Assembly (NCBI GenBank): GCA_038245785.1
Contig: JBBRSB010000044.1
Location: forward strand, 1-24,731
Source: Gloeobacterales cyanobacterium
GTDB taxonomy: Bacteria > Cyanobacteriota > Cyanobacteriia > Gloeobacterales > PMM-0068
Direction of reading: 5' to 3'
Length of the DNA: 24,731 bases
Part shown: positions 17,130 to 24,731 of the stretch, piece after piece
How positions within the stretch are numbered: position 1 is the first letter of the stretch
Layout of the letters: each line of letters opens with the position of its first letter
Made by a program: the position numbers and the translations under genes
Notes under the pieces: generated by a model
Seen by the model: the letters and a program-made list of their open reading frames with translations, nothing else
Database searches by the model: none
Told to the model about the DNA's origin: nothing

Positions 17130-18190
17130 TGAACCTGGATAAACTGTATGAGCAGGTAGAACACCTCGTCATGCTTCATTCGCCTAGTGGCGATGAAGTC
17201 CAGATAGACGAGTATTTACTCTCTCTGCTCTCAGGAATTACAAAGACTGAACATAAAGTCTGGCAAGATGTGGCCGGAAATATTATCTACTTCATCCCTG
17301 GTCAAGATGCGACTCAATCGGTCGCGATTACGGCCCACAAAGACGAAATAGCAATGATGGTCCAACGGATTGAGCCAGATGGCCGCTTGCGTTTGGTGCG
17401 GGTGGGAGGCTCTTTTCCCTGGATCTATGGAGAGGGTGTCGTGGATATTCTGGGCCATGATCCAGATACAGGCAAACACCTCGAAGTCCAGGGTGTTCTC
17501 TCTTTTGGTTCGCGTCACGTCTCCCACCAATCCCCTCAAAAAGCCCAACAAAATGATGCTCCATTAACTTGGGATGATGCCTGGGTGGAAACTTTTCTAA
17601 CCCCCGAAGCGTTGACCGCCAAAGGGGTGCGACCAGGGACGCGCGTGGTTATTGGCAAACAACGCAAAAGACCTTTGCGCATAGGCGAACACATGGCTAG
17701 CTATACGTTGGATAACAAAGCCTCTATAGCCGTGCTGCTGCTCTTAGCCGAAAATCTGTCTCAACCTAGAGTCAATACTTATTTAGTCTTCTCCTCCCAG
17801 GAAGAGATTGGCTGCTTGGGTGCGCTGCACTACACCTTGAATCAAAAACCGGATGAATTGATTGCTCTGGAAGTTGCTCCAGTTGCCAAAGAATACCCAA
17901 TTGTATTCAATGACCAACCTGTACTTTTAAGCTCAGATAACTACAGCTTCTATACCCTGGACCTCAACCATCGACTCGAACAGGCAGCAAAATCTATAGA
18001 CCTCGTGATTCAACACTGTGTCCTAAGTGGATTCGGTTCAGACGCCTCTCTATGTATCAAGAATGGTCATGTTGCTCGTGCGGCGTGTTTAGGCTTTCCC
18101 ACAGAAAACACCCACGGTTATGAAATCGCTTCCTTATCAGCGTTATGGAATTTGTATCAGGTTCTTTTGACCTATTTATCTACGCAATAA
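17129..18190 (+). CDS. M42 family metallo-aminopeptidase
   Basis: HSPSGDE, TAHKDEI, TLDNKAS, SQEEIG, GFGSDAS and ENTHGYEIA metal-binding motifs. Confidence 0.92.
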   Translation: MNLDKLYEQVEHLVMLHSPSGDEVQIDEYLLSLLSGITKTEHKVWQDVAGNIIYFIPGQDATQSVAITAHKDEIAMMVQRIEPDGRLRLVRVGGSFPWIYGEGVVDILGHDPDTGKHLEVQGVLSFGSRHVSHQSPQKAQQNDAPLTWDDAWVETFLTPEALTAKGVRPGTRVVIGKQRKRPLRIGEHMASYTLDNKASIAVLLLLAENLSQPRVNTYLVFSSQEEIGCLGALHYTLNQKPDELIALEVAPVAKEYPIVFNDQPVLLSSDNYSFYTLDLNHRLEQAAKSIDLVIQHCVLSGFGSDASLCIKNGHVARAACLGFPTENTHGYEIASLSALWNLYQVLLTYLSTQ

Positions 18191-18204
18191 ATTGTCCGTC
18201 GCAG

Positions 18205-18783
18205 TCAAGATAAAATATTCTTCGCCAACACAATGCTGCGGCTCTGACGGTGGATTATCCCCTCTCGTTCAAATTTTTTTAGGAGTCTGGTTATAGTTAC
18301 ACGAGTACTCCCTACAGAGTCTGCAATCGATTCATGAGTCAAAGGAATATCAATGAGCGTTCCGCCCTGTACAGTTTGACCGAATTTCTTTCCTAACCAG
18401 ACTAAAAAATGCAACAATCTCTGGCTGGTGCGTTCATAACCACTAATATACAAGAGCTCTTCCACTCGGCGATTGTGTAACATGATGTCATCTATAACTT
18501 GATGCCAAGATGACTTTGGCCACATGGTAGCCTTTACATCAGTCAAACACTCAATGCCATAGGGACTGAGCCCAGAGAAAGCGGAACCCACCACTTCACC
18601 CTTTCCCCAATAGCCCAAAATGCTCCGCGTTCCTTCCTCATAGTACGTGCAGGTTCTAACTATTCCGCACTCTATCTTCCATAGAACTTGAGATTGAAGG
18701 GGGAGCATCCCTGTACCTTTGAAGGTTCGCTGCTGCGTAGCTTCATACAGGGGGACTTTATTGTTAACAGCTGCTGTAAGCAT
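18205..18783 (-). CDS. Crp/Fnr family transcriptional regulator
   Basis: Degenerate cNMP-binding domain (LWKIECGIVRT..LGYWGKGEVVG), then RLLHFLVWLGKKFG..IPLTHESIADSVGSTRVTITRLL HTH. Confidence 0.93.
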   Translation of the reverse strand: MLTAAVNNKVPLYEATQQRTFKGTGMLPLQSQVLWKIECGIVRTCTYYEEGTRSILGYWGKGEVVGSAFSGLSPYGIECLTDVKATMWPKSSWHQVIDDIMLHNRRVEELLYISGYERTSQRLLHFLVWLGKKFGQTVQGGTLIDIPLTHESIADSVGSTRVTITRLLKKFEREGIIHRQSRSIVLAKNILS

Positions 18784-18810
18784 ATATATTTACCAGAAGT
18801 AGTGAAACGT

Positions 18811-18828
18811 TTTAAGACATGTCTTAAA
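18811..18828. promoter_or_regulatory. Perfect 18-bp palindrome upstream of the Crp-family gene
   Basis: TTTAAGACATGTCTTAAA is its own reverse complement and lies 27 bp upstream of the ATG at 18783. Confidence 0.55.
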
Positions 18829-18984
18829 CGGGTGATTGAAGTAATAAATCAGATTTTCGGCAATCTAAACATCTACCTTTTGATAGAACTGTATAGAAAA
18901 TCGAAAGTGGTACTTTAAAAATGCCTTGAAGTATCTTCTCTAAATAAATGAAGTAAAACTAAGTAATTGGGTGGAATTAAGAAG

Positions 18985-19075
18985 ACCCCCTATAGTCCCC
19001 CTTACCCTAAGCGAAGCTTTCCCGTTGGCAAAGCCTGCCGAAGGCATAGGGTGGGGAACAGCGATAGCCGGGGGT
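18985..19075. repeat. GC-rich cyanobacterial-type intergenic hairpin repeat (composite)
   Basis: ACCCCCTATAGTCCCCCTTACCCTA..GCCTGCCGAAGGCATAGGGTGGGGAACAGCGATAGCCGGGGG: C-run/G-run arms around an internal TGCC-GAA-GGCA hairpin. Confidence 0.5.
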
Positions 19076-19202
19076 TGCATGTTCTGTTCGCTTTAACACG
19101 CTGTCAAACCCATACAACGAGGTAGGCAAACCTTTGAAGGTAGCCATCTACAATTTCTGAGAAGAAAACTAGATTAACGTTATGTTTTGTAGAGCAACCC
19201 CT

Positions 19203-20996
19203 CTACCCTTGAGGCTTAGGAGGCACGGACTTAACGTACAGTTCATCCAACTGCTTTTTGTCCACCGTGGAAGGAGCCTCACACATCAGATCCTGTGCCC
19301 GCTGCGTCTTTGGAAAGGCAATTACATCCCGGATAGAATCCTCACCGAGCATCAACATGATCAGACGGTCTAGCCCATAGGCAATCCCCCCATGGGGCGG
19401 TGTGCCATATTCAAAAGCTTCTAGCAAGAATCCAAACTTGTCTTGGGCTTGTTCTTGCGTCAACCCGATGGCTTCAAAGACAGCTTCCTGGAGTGCCCGT
19501 TGGTAAATCCGAATCGATCCACCGCCCACTTCCACCCCATTCCAAACCAAATCGTAGGCTTGAGCCAGTGCATCTTTTAGGTTGTCCGCATCCTCAGGGC
19601 GAGGAGCGGTGAAGGGGTGATGGAGTGCTTCTAAGCGCTTTTCCTCGGCATTCCATTCAAACATCGGAAAATCCACTACCCAAAGCAAGTTGATTTTCTC
19701 TGGGTCTATCAATCCTAGTTCAGCCCCTAGCTTGAGCCGCAGCCGTCCCAAATAGTCATGGACCGTTGCCACGGGGCCAGCCCCAAAAAGCAACAAGTCC
19801 CCAGGTTTTGCTTGGGTCAATTCAATTAACCGAGCTCTTTTCTCTTCGCTCAGGCCATCGAGCAAAGCGCCAATCCCATCTAGTTTGGGAGCCCCCTGTT
19901 CGTCGGCTCGCACCCGGAGGAAAGCCAAACCTTTAGCCCCAAATTGAGTGACAAAGGTAAATAGTTCACCACCGGGCTTAAGCCGGACATTGGAAATTTT
20001 TTCATCTCCTTCAGGAATGGGGAGACATTTAACCACGCCACCCCCAGCAATCGTGCTGGCAAAAACCTTAAAACTGGAATCGACAAAGGTTGCAGAAATA
20101 TCTACCAATTCCAAGCCAAAACGGGTGTCTGGTTTATCAGACCCGTAGCGCTCCATAGCCTCTTTGTAGGGTAGTCTAGGAAAAGGCAGGGGGAGATCTA
20201 TCCCTTTAATCTCTTTGAATAGATGGGCTACCAGCTTCTCGTTGAGGTCTAACACCTCTTCTTGAGAGAGAAAACTCATCTCCATGTCGAGCTGGGTGAA
20301 CTCTGGCTGACGATCCGCTCTCAGGTCTTCATCCCGAAAACAACGGGCCACTTGATAATAGCGGTCTAGCCCAGACACCATCAGCAACTGCTTAAAAATC
20401 TGCGGGGATTGGGGCAGGGCGTAAAATTCACCAGGGTTGACCCGACTGGGGACGAGATAATCTCTGGCTCCCTCTGGGGTCGATTTGGTTAGGATCGGTG
20501 TCTCTACTTCGACAAAGCCTGCCTGGTCTTCCAGATAGCGCCGTAGGGTTTGAATAATCCGGTGACGTTCTTTCAAGTTATGACTGAGCCGAGGGCGACG
20601 CAGGTCCATATAGCGATAGCGCAGACGCAGCTTCTCGTCTACTTCCTCATCTTCGGAAATCAGAAAAGGAGGAGTCTTCGCGGCATTGAGCAGTTCTAAT
20701 TCATCGCAGTACACTTCGACCAAACCTGTATCAATCCGGGTGTTCAACGAATCTTCGGGACGGCGCAGTACCCGCCCTGTGACCCGAATAACGTATTCTG
20801 AACGCAAATTTCCGGCCAGTTCAAAAGAACGAGGAGTTTTAACAGGGTCACTCACCACCTGCACAATGCCTGTACGGTCTCTAAGGTCCAAAAAGACGAC
20901 TCCACCGTGGTCCCGACGGCGGTCTACCCATCCATACAGCGTGACAGTGGTTCCAGTATGCTCTTCTCGGAGAGCACCGCAGTATTGGGTTCGCAT
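19203..20996 (-). CDS. aspS: Aspartate--tRNA ligase
   Basis: [94 protein letters not shown]. An alternative ATG lies at 21005. Confidence 0.99.
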   Translation of the reverse strand: MRTQYCGALREEHTGTTVTLYGWVDRRRDHGGVVFLDLRDRTGIVQVVSDPVKTPRSFELAGNLRSEYVIRVTGRVLRRPEDSLNTRIDTGLVEVYCDELELLNAAKTPPFLISEDEEVDEKLRLRYRYMDLRRPRLSHNLKERHRIIQTLRRYLEDQAGFVEVETPILTKSTPEGARDYLVPSRVNPGEFYALPQSPQIFKQLLMVSGLDRYYQVARCFRDEDLRADRQPEFTQLDMEMSFLSQEEVLDLNEKLVAHLFKEIKGIDLPLPFPRLPYKEAMERYGSDKPDTRFGLELVDISATFVDSSFKVFASTIAGGGVVKCLPIPEGDEKISNVRLKPGGELFTFVTQFGAKGLAFLRVRADEQGAPKLDGIGALLDGLSEEKRARLIELTQAKPGDLLLFGAGPVATVHDYLGRLRLKLGAELGLIDPEKINLLWVVDFPMFEWNAEEKRLEALHHPFTAPRPEDADNLKDALAQAYDLVWNGVEVGGGSIRIYQRALQEAVFEAIGLTQEQAQDKFGFLLEAFEYGTPPHGGIAYGLDRLIMLMLGEDSIRDVIAFPKTQRAQDLMCEAPSTVDKKQLDELYVKSVPPKPQG

Positions 20997-21152
20997 TAGC
21001 TTCATCGCACAGACTTCAAGGGTAACAATTTGTATATCTTATTCTGTCTCGGTGGCAGATCTTTGAAGAATGCTTATCTAAAAATGCTGTTCTCAGGCAG
21101 CCAGCACTACGAGGTAAGGCTACTATAGATGGAGTATTGACTGTGATGCCTC

Positions 21153-21368
21153 ATGGATGAACTAACCCCCATTTTTCGCGCACTGACCCAAAATCCAATT
21201 CCCTTTGTCGGAGGCTTTGTTGCGGGTGTTCTCCGCCTAAACTCCACCGAAGACCCTGTGAAATCATGGTTGCTAGAGCAGAGCGGCAAACCGATGAGCA
21301 GCTTCTCTGATAGCCGCACGAGCAACGGCAACAATGGCAGCGGTCCACAGACTATTGCTATTGAGTAG
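21153..21368 (+). CDS. Small conserved cyanobacterial/plastid protein (UPF0426-like)
   Basis: DEL.PIF..LTQNPI.FVGGFVAGVLRLN..EDPVKSWL..GPQTIAIE pattern, recognised from memory of this family. Confidence 0.75.
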   Translation: MDELTPIFRALTQNPIPFVGGFVAGVLRLNSTEDPVKSWLLEQSGKPMSSFSDSRTSNGNNGSGPQTIAIE

Positions 21369-21396
21369 TACAGACAGACAAAAGAACAGAATTTAG

Positions 21397-21435
21397 AATC
21401 GCTGGCCGTTTACATAGGGAATGTCCAGCGATTTT
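21397..21435 (+). terminator. Possible terminator hairpin after the small gene
   Basis: AATCGCTGG (21397-21405) / CCAGCGATT (21425-21433) with a short T run. The loop is large. Confidence 0.35.
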
Positions 21436-21517
21436 CGTGTAAAGATACTCACTAAGTCTTCTGCTTGCATGGCGCTATGCAAGCAAAGGGATAACTAAAA
21501 GCTATCGCGTCAAAATA

Positions 21518-21883
21518 ATGATGAATTCAGGTCTGCAGGAAGAACTCGCCCAATATCCAGAACAGATTGCTCAACTGCAAAAAGATGTTCTGCGCAAAGA
21601 CCAGCAAATTCGGGCTGTAGAAAATCAAATTGAACCCATGATTTTGGAAGCGGAGAAAACTGCCTACTTTGATCTCGAACTCAAAAATGAGAGTCAACGC
21701 AAGATCCGTCGGGCAGAAATATTGGAGACAAGCGCCTATCTTGAAGCCCAACAGACGTTTGAACAATTGAAGGATGAACGCGCTGAATTGCTCATTAGGT
21801 TGGAGCATGCTCGCAACCGTTTCAGCGTTGCTAAGCTGCAGATGAGCGCGCACATCGCCAGTTTAGAGGGCGAGCAGTTTTGA
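21518..21883 (+). CDS. Conserved cyanobacterial hypothetical coiled-coil protein
   Basis: 121 aa with L.QYPEQIA..AYFDLELKNESQRK.RR.E.L..LE..RNRFSVAKL. Confidence 0.8.
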   Translation: MMNSGLQEELAQYPEQIAQLQKDVLRKDQQIRAVENQIEPMILEAEKTAYFDLELKNESQRKIRRAEILETSAYLEAQQTFEQLKDERAELLIRLEHARNRFSVAKLQMSAHIASLEGEQF

Positions 21884-21923
21884 TCCTTGACCCGCTCCGC
21901 ACGACCTGCGGTCTACACCCCTG

Positions 21924-21945
21924 CCCCTCTCCCGAGGGAGAGGGG
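21924..21945. repeat. GC-rich hairpin repeat between convergent genes (possible bidirectional terminator)
   Basis: CCCCTCTCCC-GA-GGGAGAGGGG, a perfect 10-bp inverted repeat. Confidence 0.6.
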
Positions 21946-21957
21946 AAACACCAAGAG

Positions 21958-24471
21958 TTACGCTTCCCCCTCGCTAGAAGGCATAATCAGCCCCTTGACC
22001 CGTTCTTCGGGTAAGAGTTGCACAATAAGCTTGCCTGCCGTCTCTCGACCTTCTTGAGGAATCTGATCAACGGGGAGGTTATGCATCCGATTCGGACCAC
22101 CACTAGAAGTTAAGACCAGTACTTGTTGTCCTTCTTTGTTTGCGACCGATATCATCCCTGCCAACGCATCGCCTTTGGTTTGTAAAAGGCCAGGAGTACC
22201 CATATCACTGCGGGAACCGGCACGGATTGCACTCAAGGGGAGGCGTTTGCCAAATCCCTTGGCGGTAATCAGAACAATTTGGTCTGTAGGAGCGACCACG
22301 GCCATCGACACTAGCTGTTCTTTTGGGCGCAGTTTGAGGGCTTTTAAGCCAGTGGCTTGTCGTCCCATAATTGGCAATTGAGCTTCGTCTAAGGGGAATC
22401 GCAATAACCTACCCCCAGAAGTGGCCAGCACTGCATGGTCGCCTGGCCCGCTCAAGTGCGCAGAAACTAGATAATCTTCTTTCTCTTGATGACCTTCCGT
22501 AAAGGTGCCCAGTTTGATGGCATTCAAGCCCCGCCCGGTCAGATTACTAAATTCAGAGAGGGCCATCCGTTTGAGCTTGCCTCCAGCGGTGCGCAGCACC
22601 ATGTACTGGTCGTCTGGATATTCTTGCAGTGCAAAGGTGGCACAGACCTCATCCCCTTTGATATCTGAAGCTGCAACCAGCGTAACCAGCGGTGTGCCTC
22701 TACCCCGACTGGTTTCTGGAATCTCACTGATCGGCACTTGGTGCACCCGGCCCATGCGCGTTATTACCAACAAGTCTTTCTGGGTCGTCGTGCTGTGTTG
22801 CTCTAGGACATAGTCATCCACCCCGTCATTGATCACTGTATTGGCGTTTTCTGCACGACGATTCTTTGCAGGACGGAAACGACGGACATAGCCTTTCTGG
22901 GTGACCTGAACCGTGCAAGTAACATCAGCAGCCACCGCGATCGGCTCAATGGTCATCTTCGTCACGTGCGGATTGATTTGGGTCCGTCGGGGGTTATCGT
23001 ACTTTTTCTTAAGGGCCTTCAGTTCTGCTTTCAGAAAAGCGAACAGTTTCTTGCGGTCCGTGAGTAGCCCTTCAATGGCAGCAATACGGTTCAGAAGTTC
23101 TTCCTGCTCCGATTGCAGATGTCCCCGGTCTAGCTGGGTCAAACGTCGCAGGGGCATTTGGAGGACGGCTTCTGCCTGAGAAGCACTGAGGTCCATTTCT
23201 GTTTGCAACCGACCTCTAGCCGTAGGTACATCCGCAGAAGTGCGCAGTAGACTGATTACTGCATCCAGATGGTCTAGGGCAATCAGTGAACCGGCTAAGA
23301 GGTGGGCTTTCTGTTGCTTCTCGCCCAATTCACAGCGCAGGCGGCGGGTTAGCGTTTCCTCCCGGAAATTCAGAAATTCTTGGAGGAGCTGTTTGAGGGA
23401 CAAAAGCCGAGGTTGACCATCCACAATCGACAGCAAAATGACACCAAAGTTGTCCTGGAGCTGTGTAGAACGATAGAGCTGTTGGAGGACTGCTTCCGGT
23501 TGGGCTTCTTTGCGCAGTTCAATAACGACCCGCATGCCTGTGCGGTCTGATTCATCTCTAAGATCTGAAATTCCTTGAATCCTACCTTCATTGACAAAAT
23601 CGGCAACTTTCTCAATCCAGGCTGCTTTATTCACCTGAAAAGGCAGTTCCGTGACAACTAGCGCAGGCTTACGGGAACGGCCTCGTCCTACTTCTTCTTG
23701 ATGGACTACGCCTCGCACGGTGACGCTCCCCCGACCATTGGCATAGGCATCGCGAATACCGTCGGTATTGATGATATGGCCTCCCGTCGGGAAGTCTGGG
23801 CCAGGAATCAGCTGGTGCAGCGCTTGATCGCTCAGGTCCTGATTATCGGCCAAGGCGACTAGGCCATCCACCAGTTCTCCAAGGTTATGGGGGGGGATAC
23901 TGGTCGCCATCCCGACAGCAATCCCGGTACAGCCATTGAGCAACAACATCGGAAGTTTGGCGGGTAGGACAACGGGCTCTCGCTGCGAACCGTCAAAGTT
24001 ATCCTGAAAATCAACGACTTCTTCCCGGACATCTTCTAAGAGTCCTTCGAATCCCACAGAGGCCAAACGACACTCGGTGTAGCGCATGGCTGCTGGTGGG
24101 TCATTGTCTACCGAACCAAAGTTGCCATGGCCCGCCAGGAACGGATAACGACTGGAAAATTCTTGGACCATCCGCACCAAGGCATCATAAACAGCCTGGT
24201 CTCCATGGGGGTGATATTTACCCAAGACATCCCCAACGACACGGGCACATTTGCGGAAAGGGCGGTCGGGCGTCAATCCTAGTTCTGCCATCGAATAGAG
24301 GATTCTGCGGTGCACAGGCTTCAACCCATCGCGCACGTCAGGAATCGCGCGACCGACAATCACGCTCAGGGCGTATTCCAGAAAAGAGCGCTGCATCTCG
24401 CTCTGGAGGGACGTTGGCAGGATTTTGCCTTCCTCTGGAGTGGGGTCTGTAAAGCTCAGTTGCTTGGCCAT
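21958..24471 (-). CDS. gyrA: DNA gyrase/topoisomerase IV subunit A (GyrA-box-less, ParC-like cyanobacterial paralog)
   Basis: [38 protein letters not shown], catalytic [30 protein letters not shown]-terminal beta-pinwheel repeats. Start MAKQLSF at 24471 (837 aa). The track's longer start reads through intergenic repeat DNA. Confidence 0.93.
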   Translation of the reverse strand: MAKQLSFTDPTPEEGKILPTSLQSEMQRSFLEYALSVIVGRAIPDVRDGLKPVHRRILYSMAELGLTPDRPFRKCARVVGDVLGKYHPHGDQAVYDALVRMVQEFSSRYPFLAGHGNFGSVDNDPPAAMRYTECRLASVGFEGLLEDVREEVVDFQDNFDGSQREPVVLPAKLPMLLLNGCTGIAVGMATSIPPHNLGELVDGLVALADNQDLSDQALHQLIPGPDFPTGGHIINTDGIRDAYANGRGSVTVRGVVHQEEVGRGRSRKPALVVTELPFQVNKAAWIEKVADFVNEGRIQGISDLRDESDRTGMRVVIELRKEAQPEAVLQQLYRSTQLQDNFGVILLSIVDGQPRLLSLKQLLQEFLNFREETLTRRLRCELGEKQQKAHLLAGSLIALDHLDAVISLLRTSADVPTARGRLQTEMDLSASQAEAVLQMPLRRLTQLDRGHLQSEQEELLNRIAAIEGLLTDRKKLFAFLKAELKALKKKYDNPRRTQINPHVTKMTIEPIAVAADVTCTVQVTQKGYVRRFRPAKNRRAENANTVINDGVDDYVLEQHSTTTQKDLLVITRMGRVHQVPISEIPETSRGRGTPLVTLVAASDIKGDEVCATFALQEYPDDQYMVLRTAGGKLKRMALSEFSNLTGRGLNAIKLGTFTEGHQEKEDYLVSAHLSGPGDHAVLATSGGRLLRFPLDEAQLPIMGRQATGLKALKLRPKEQLVSMAVVAPTDQIVLITAKGFGKRLPLSAIRAGSRSDMGTPGLLQTKGDALAGMISVANKEGQQVLVLTSSGGPNRMHNLPVDQIPQEGRETAGKLIVQLLPEERVKGLIMPSSEGEA

Positions 24472-24629
24472 GGGATTCCTTGTACACCAATGAACAGTTG
24501 TACCCCACGATGGGGCCTTGTAGAGAAGCCTAACAAAAAGAGTCCTTCCAGCAACACTTTCAGCAGAAATTTGCTTATCTTCACTTCCCTCACCTATATT
24601 GGCTACGGCTACGGTGTACACACATCTTG

Positions 24630-24728
24630 GAACCGCCCCCCTGCCCCCCATAGCGCAGCTTCTCGGAGAGTACTTTGGGGGGTTCTGACTCAAAGTCCCC
24701 CAAAGTTGGGGGATTTAGGGGGCGGTTC
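24630..24728. repeat. GC-rich cyanobacterial intergenic palindromic repeat (composite)
   Basis: Outer IR GAACCGCCCCC (24630-24640) / GGGGGCGGTTC (24718-24728). Inner hairpins CCCCCCA..TGGGGGG and TCCCCCAA-AG-TTGGGGGA followed by TTTAGGGGG. Confidence 0.65.
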
Positions 24729-24731
24729 GGA

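Noticed and set aside
21462..21485. TGCTTGCAT-N6-ATGCAAGCA inverted repeat upstream of the 121-aa gene
   Set aside because: A real 9-bp dyad, but I cannot tell operator from hairpin from chance, and there is no supporting context.
24472..24693. 74-aa N-terminal extension of the GyrA-like ORF in the track
   Set aside because: It reads through a GC-rich intergenic repeat. MAKQLSF at 24471 is the family-typical start.

Overview
Cyanobacterial chromosomal window. The absence of HIP1 (GCGATCGC) on my read suggests a HIP1-poor lineage such as Gloeobacterales; this is inference. The first 3 kb is decayed mobile DNA: an IS630 right end, a truncated IS30 left end, a DinJ-YafQ pair with a nonsense-killed toxin, a pRiA4b-ORF3 gene, a second broken toxin-antitoxin pair and an atypical RidA. 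Between eno and an SLH-porin gene lies an ~8 kb accessory block, the most interesting part of the window. It holds an intact Apaf-1/NLR-like HTH-NB-ARC-14xWD40 STAND gene, a convergent intact lipoxygenase whose stop codon overlaps it, and a divergent pseudogenised paralog of the STAND gene. A perfect 17-bp inverted repeat sits in the shared LOX/STAND promoter region. The rest is core cyanobacterial DNA: porin, DUF212, crtE, a secreted hypothetical, an M42 peptidase, a Crp-family regulator, aspS, two small conserved hypotheticals and a GyrA-box-less GyrA/ParC, with several GC-rich intergenic hairpin repeats. All calls come from reading the sequence; no database search was run.
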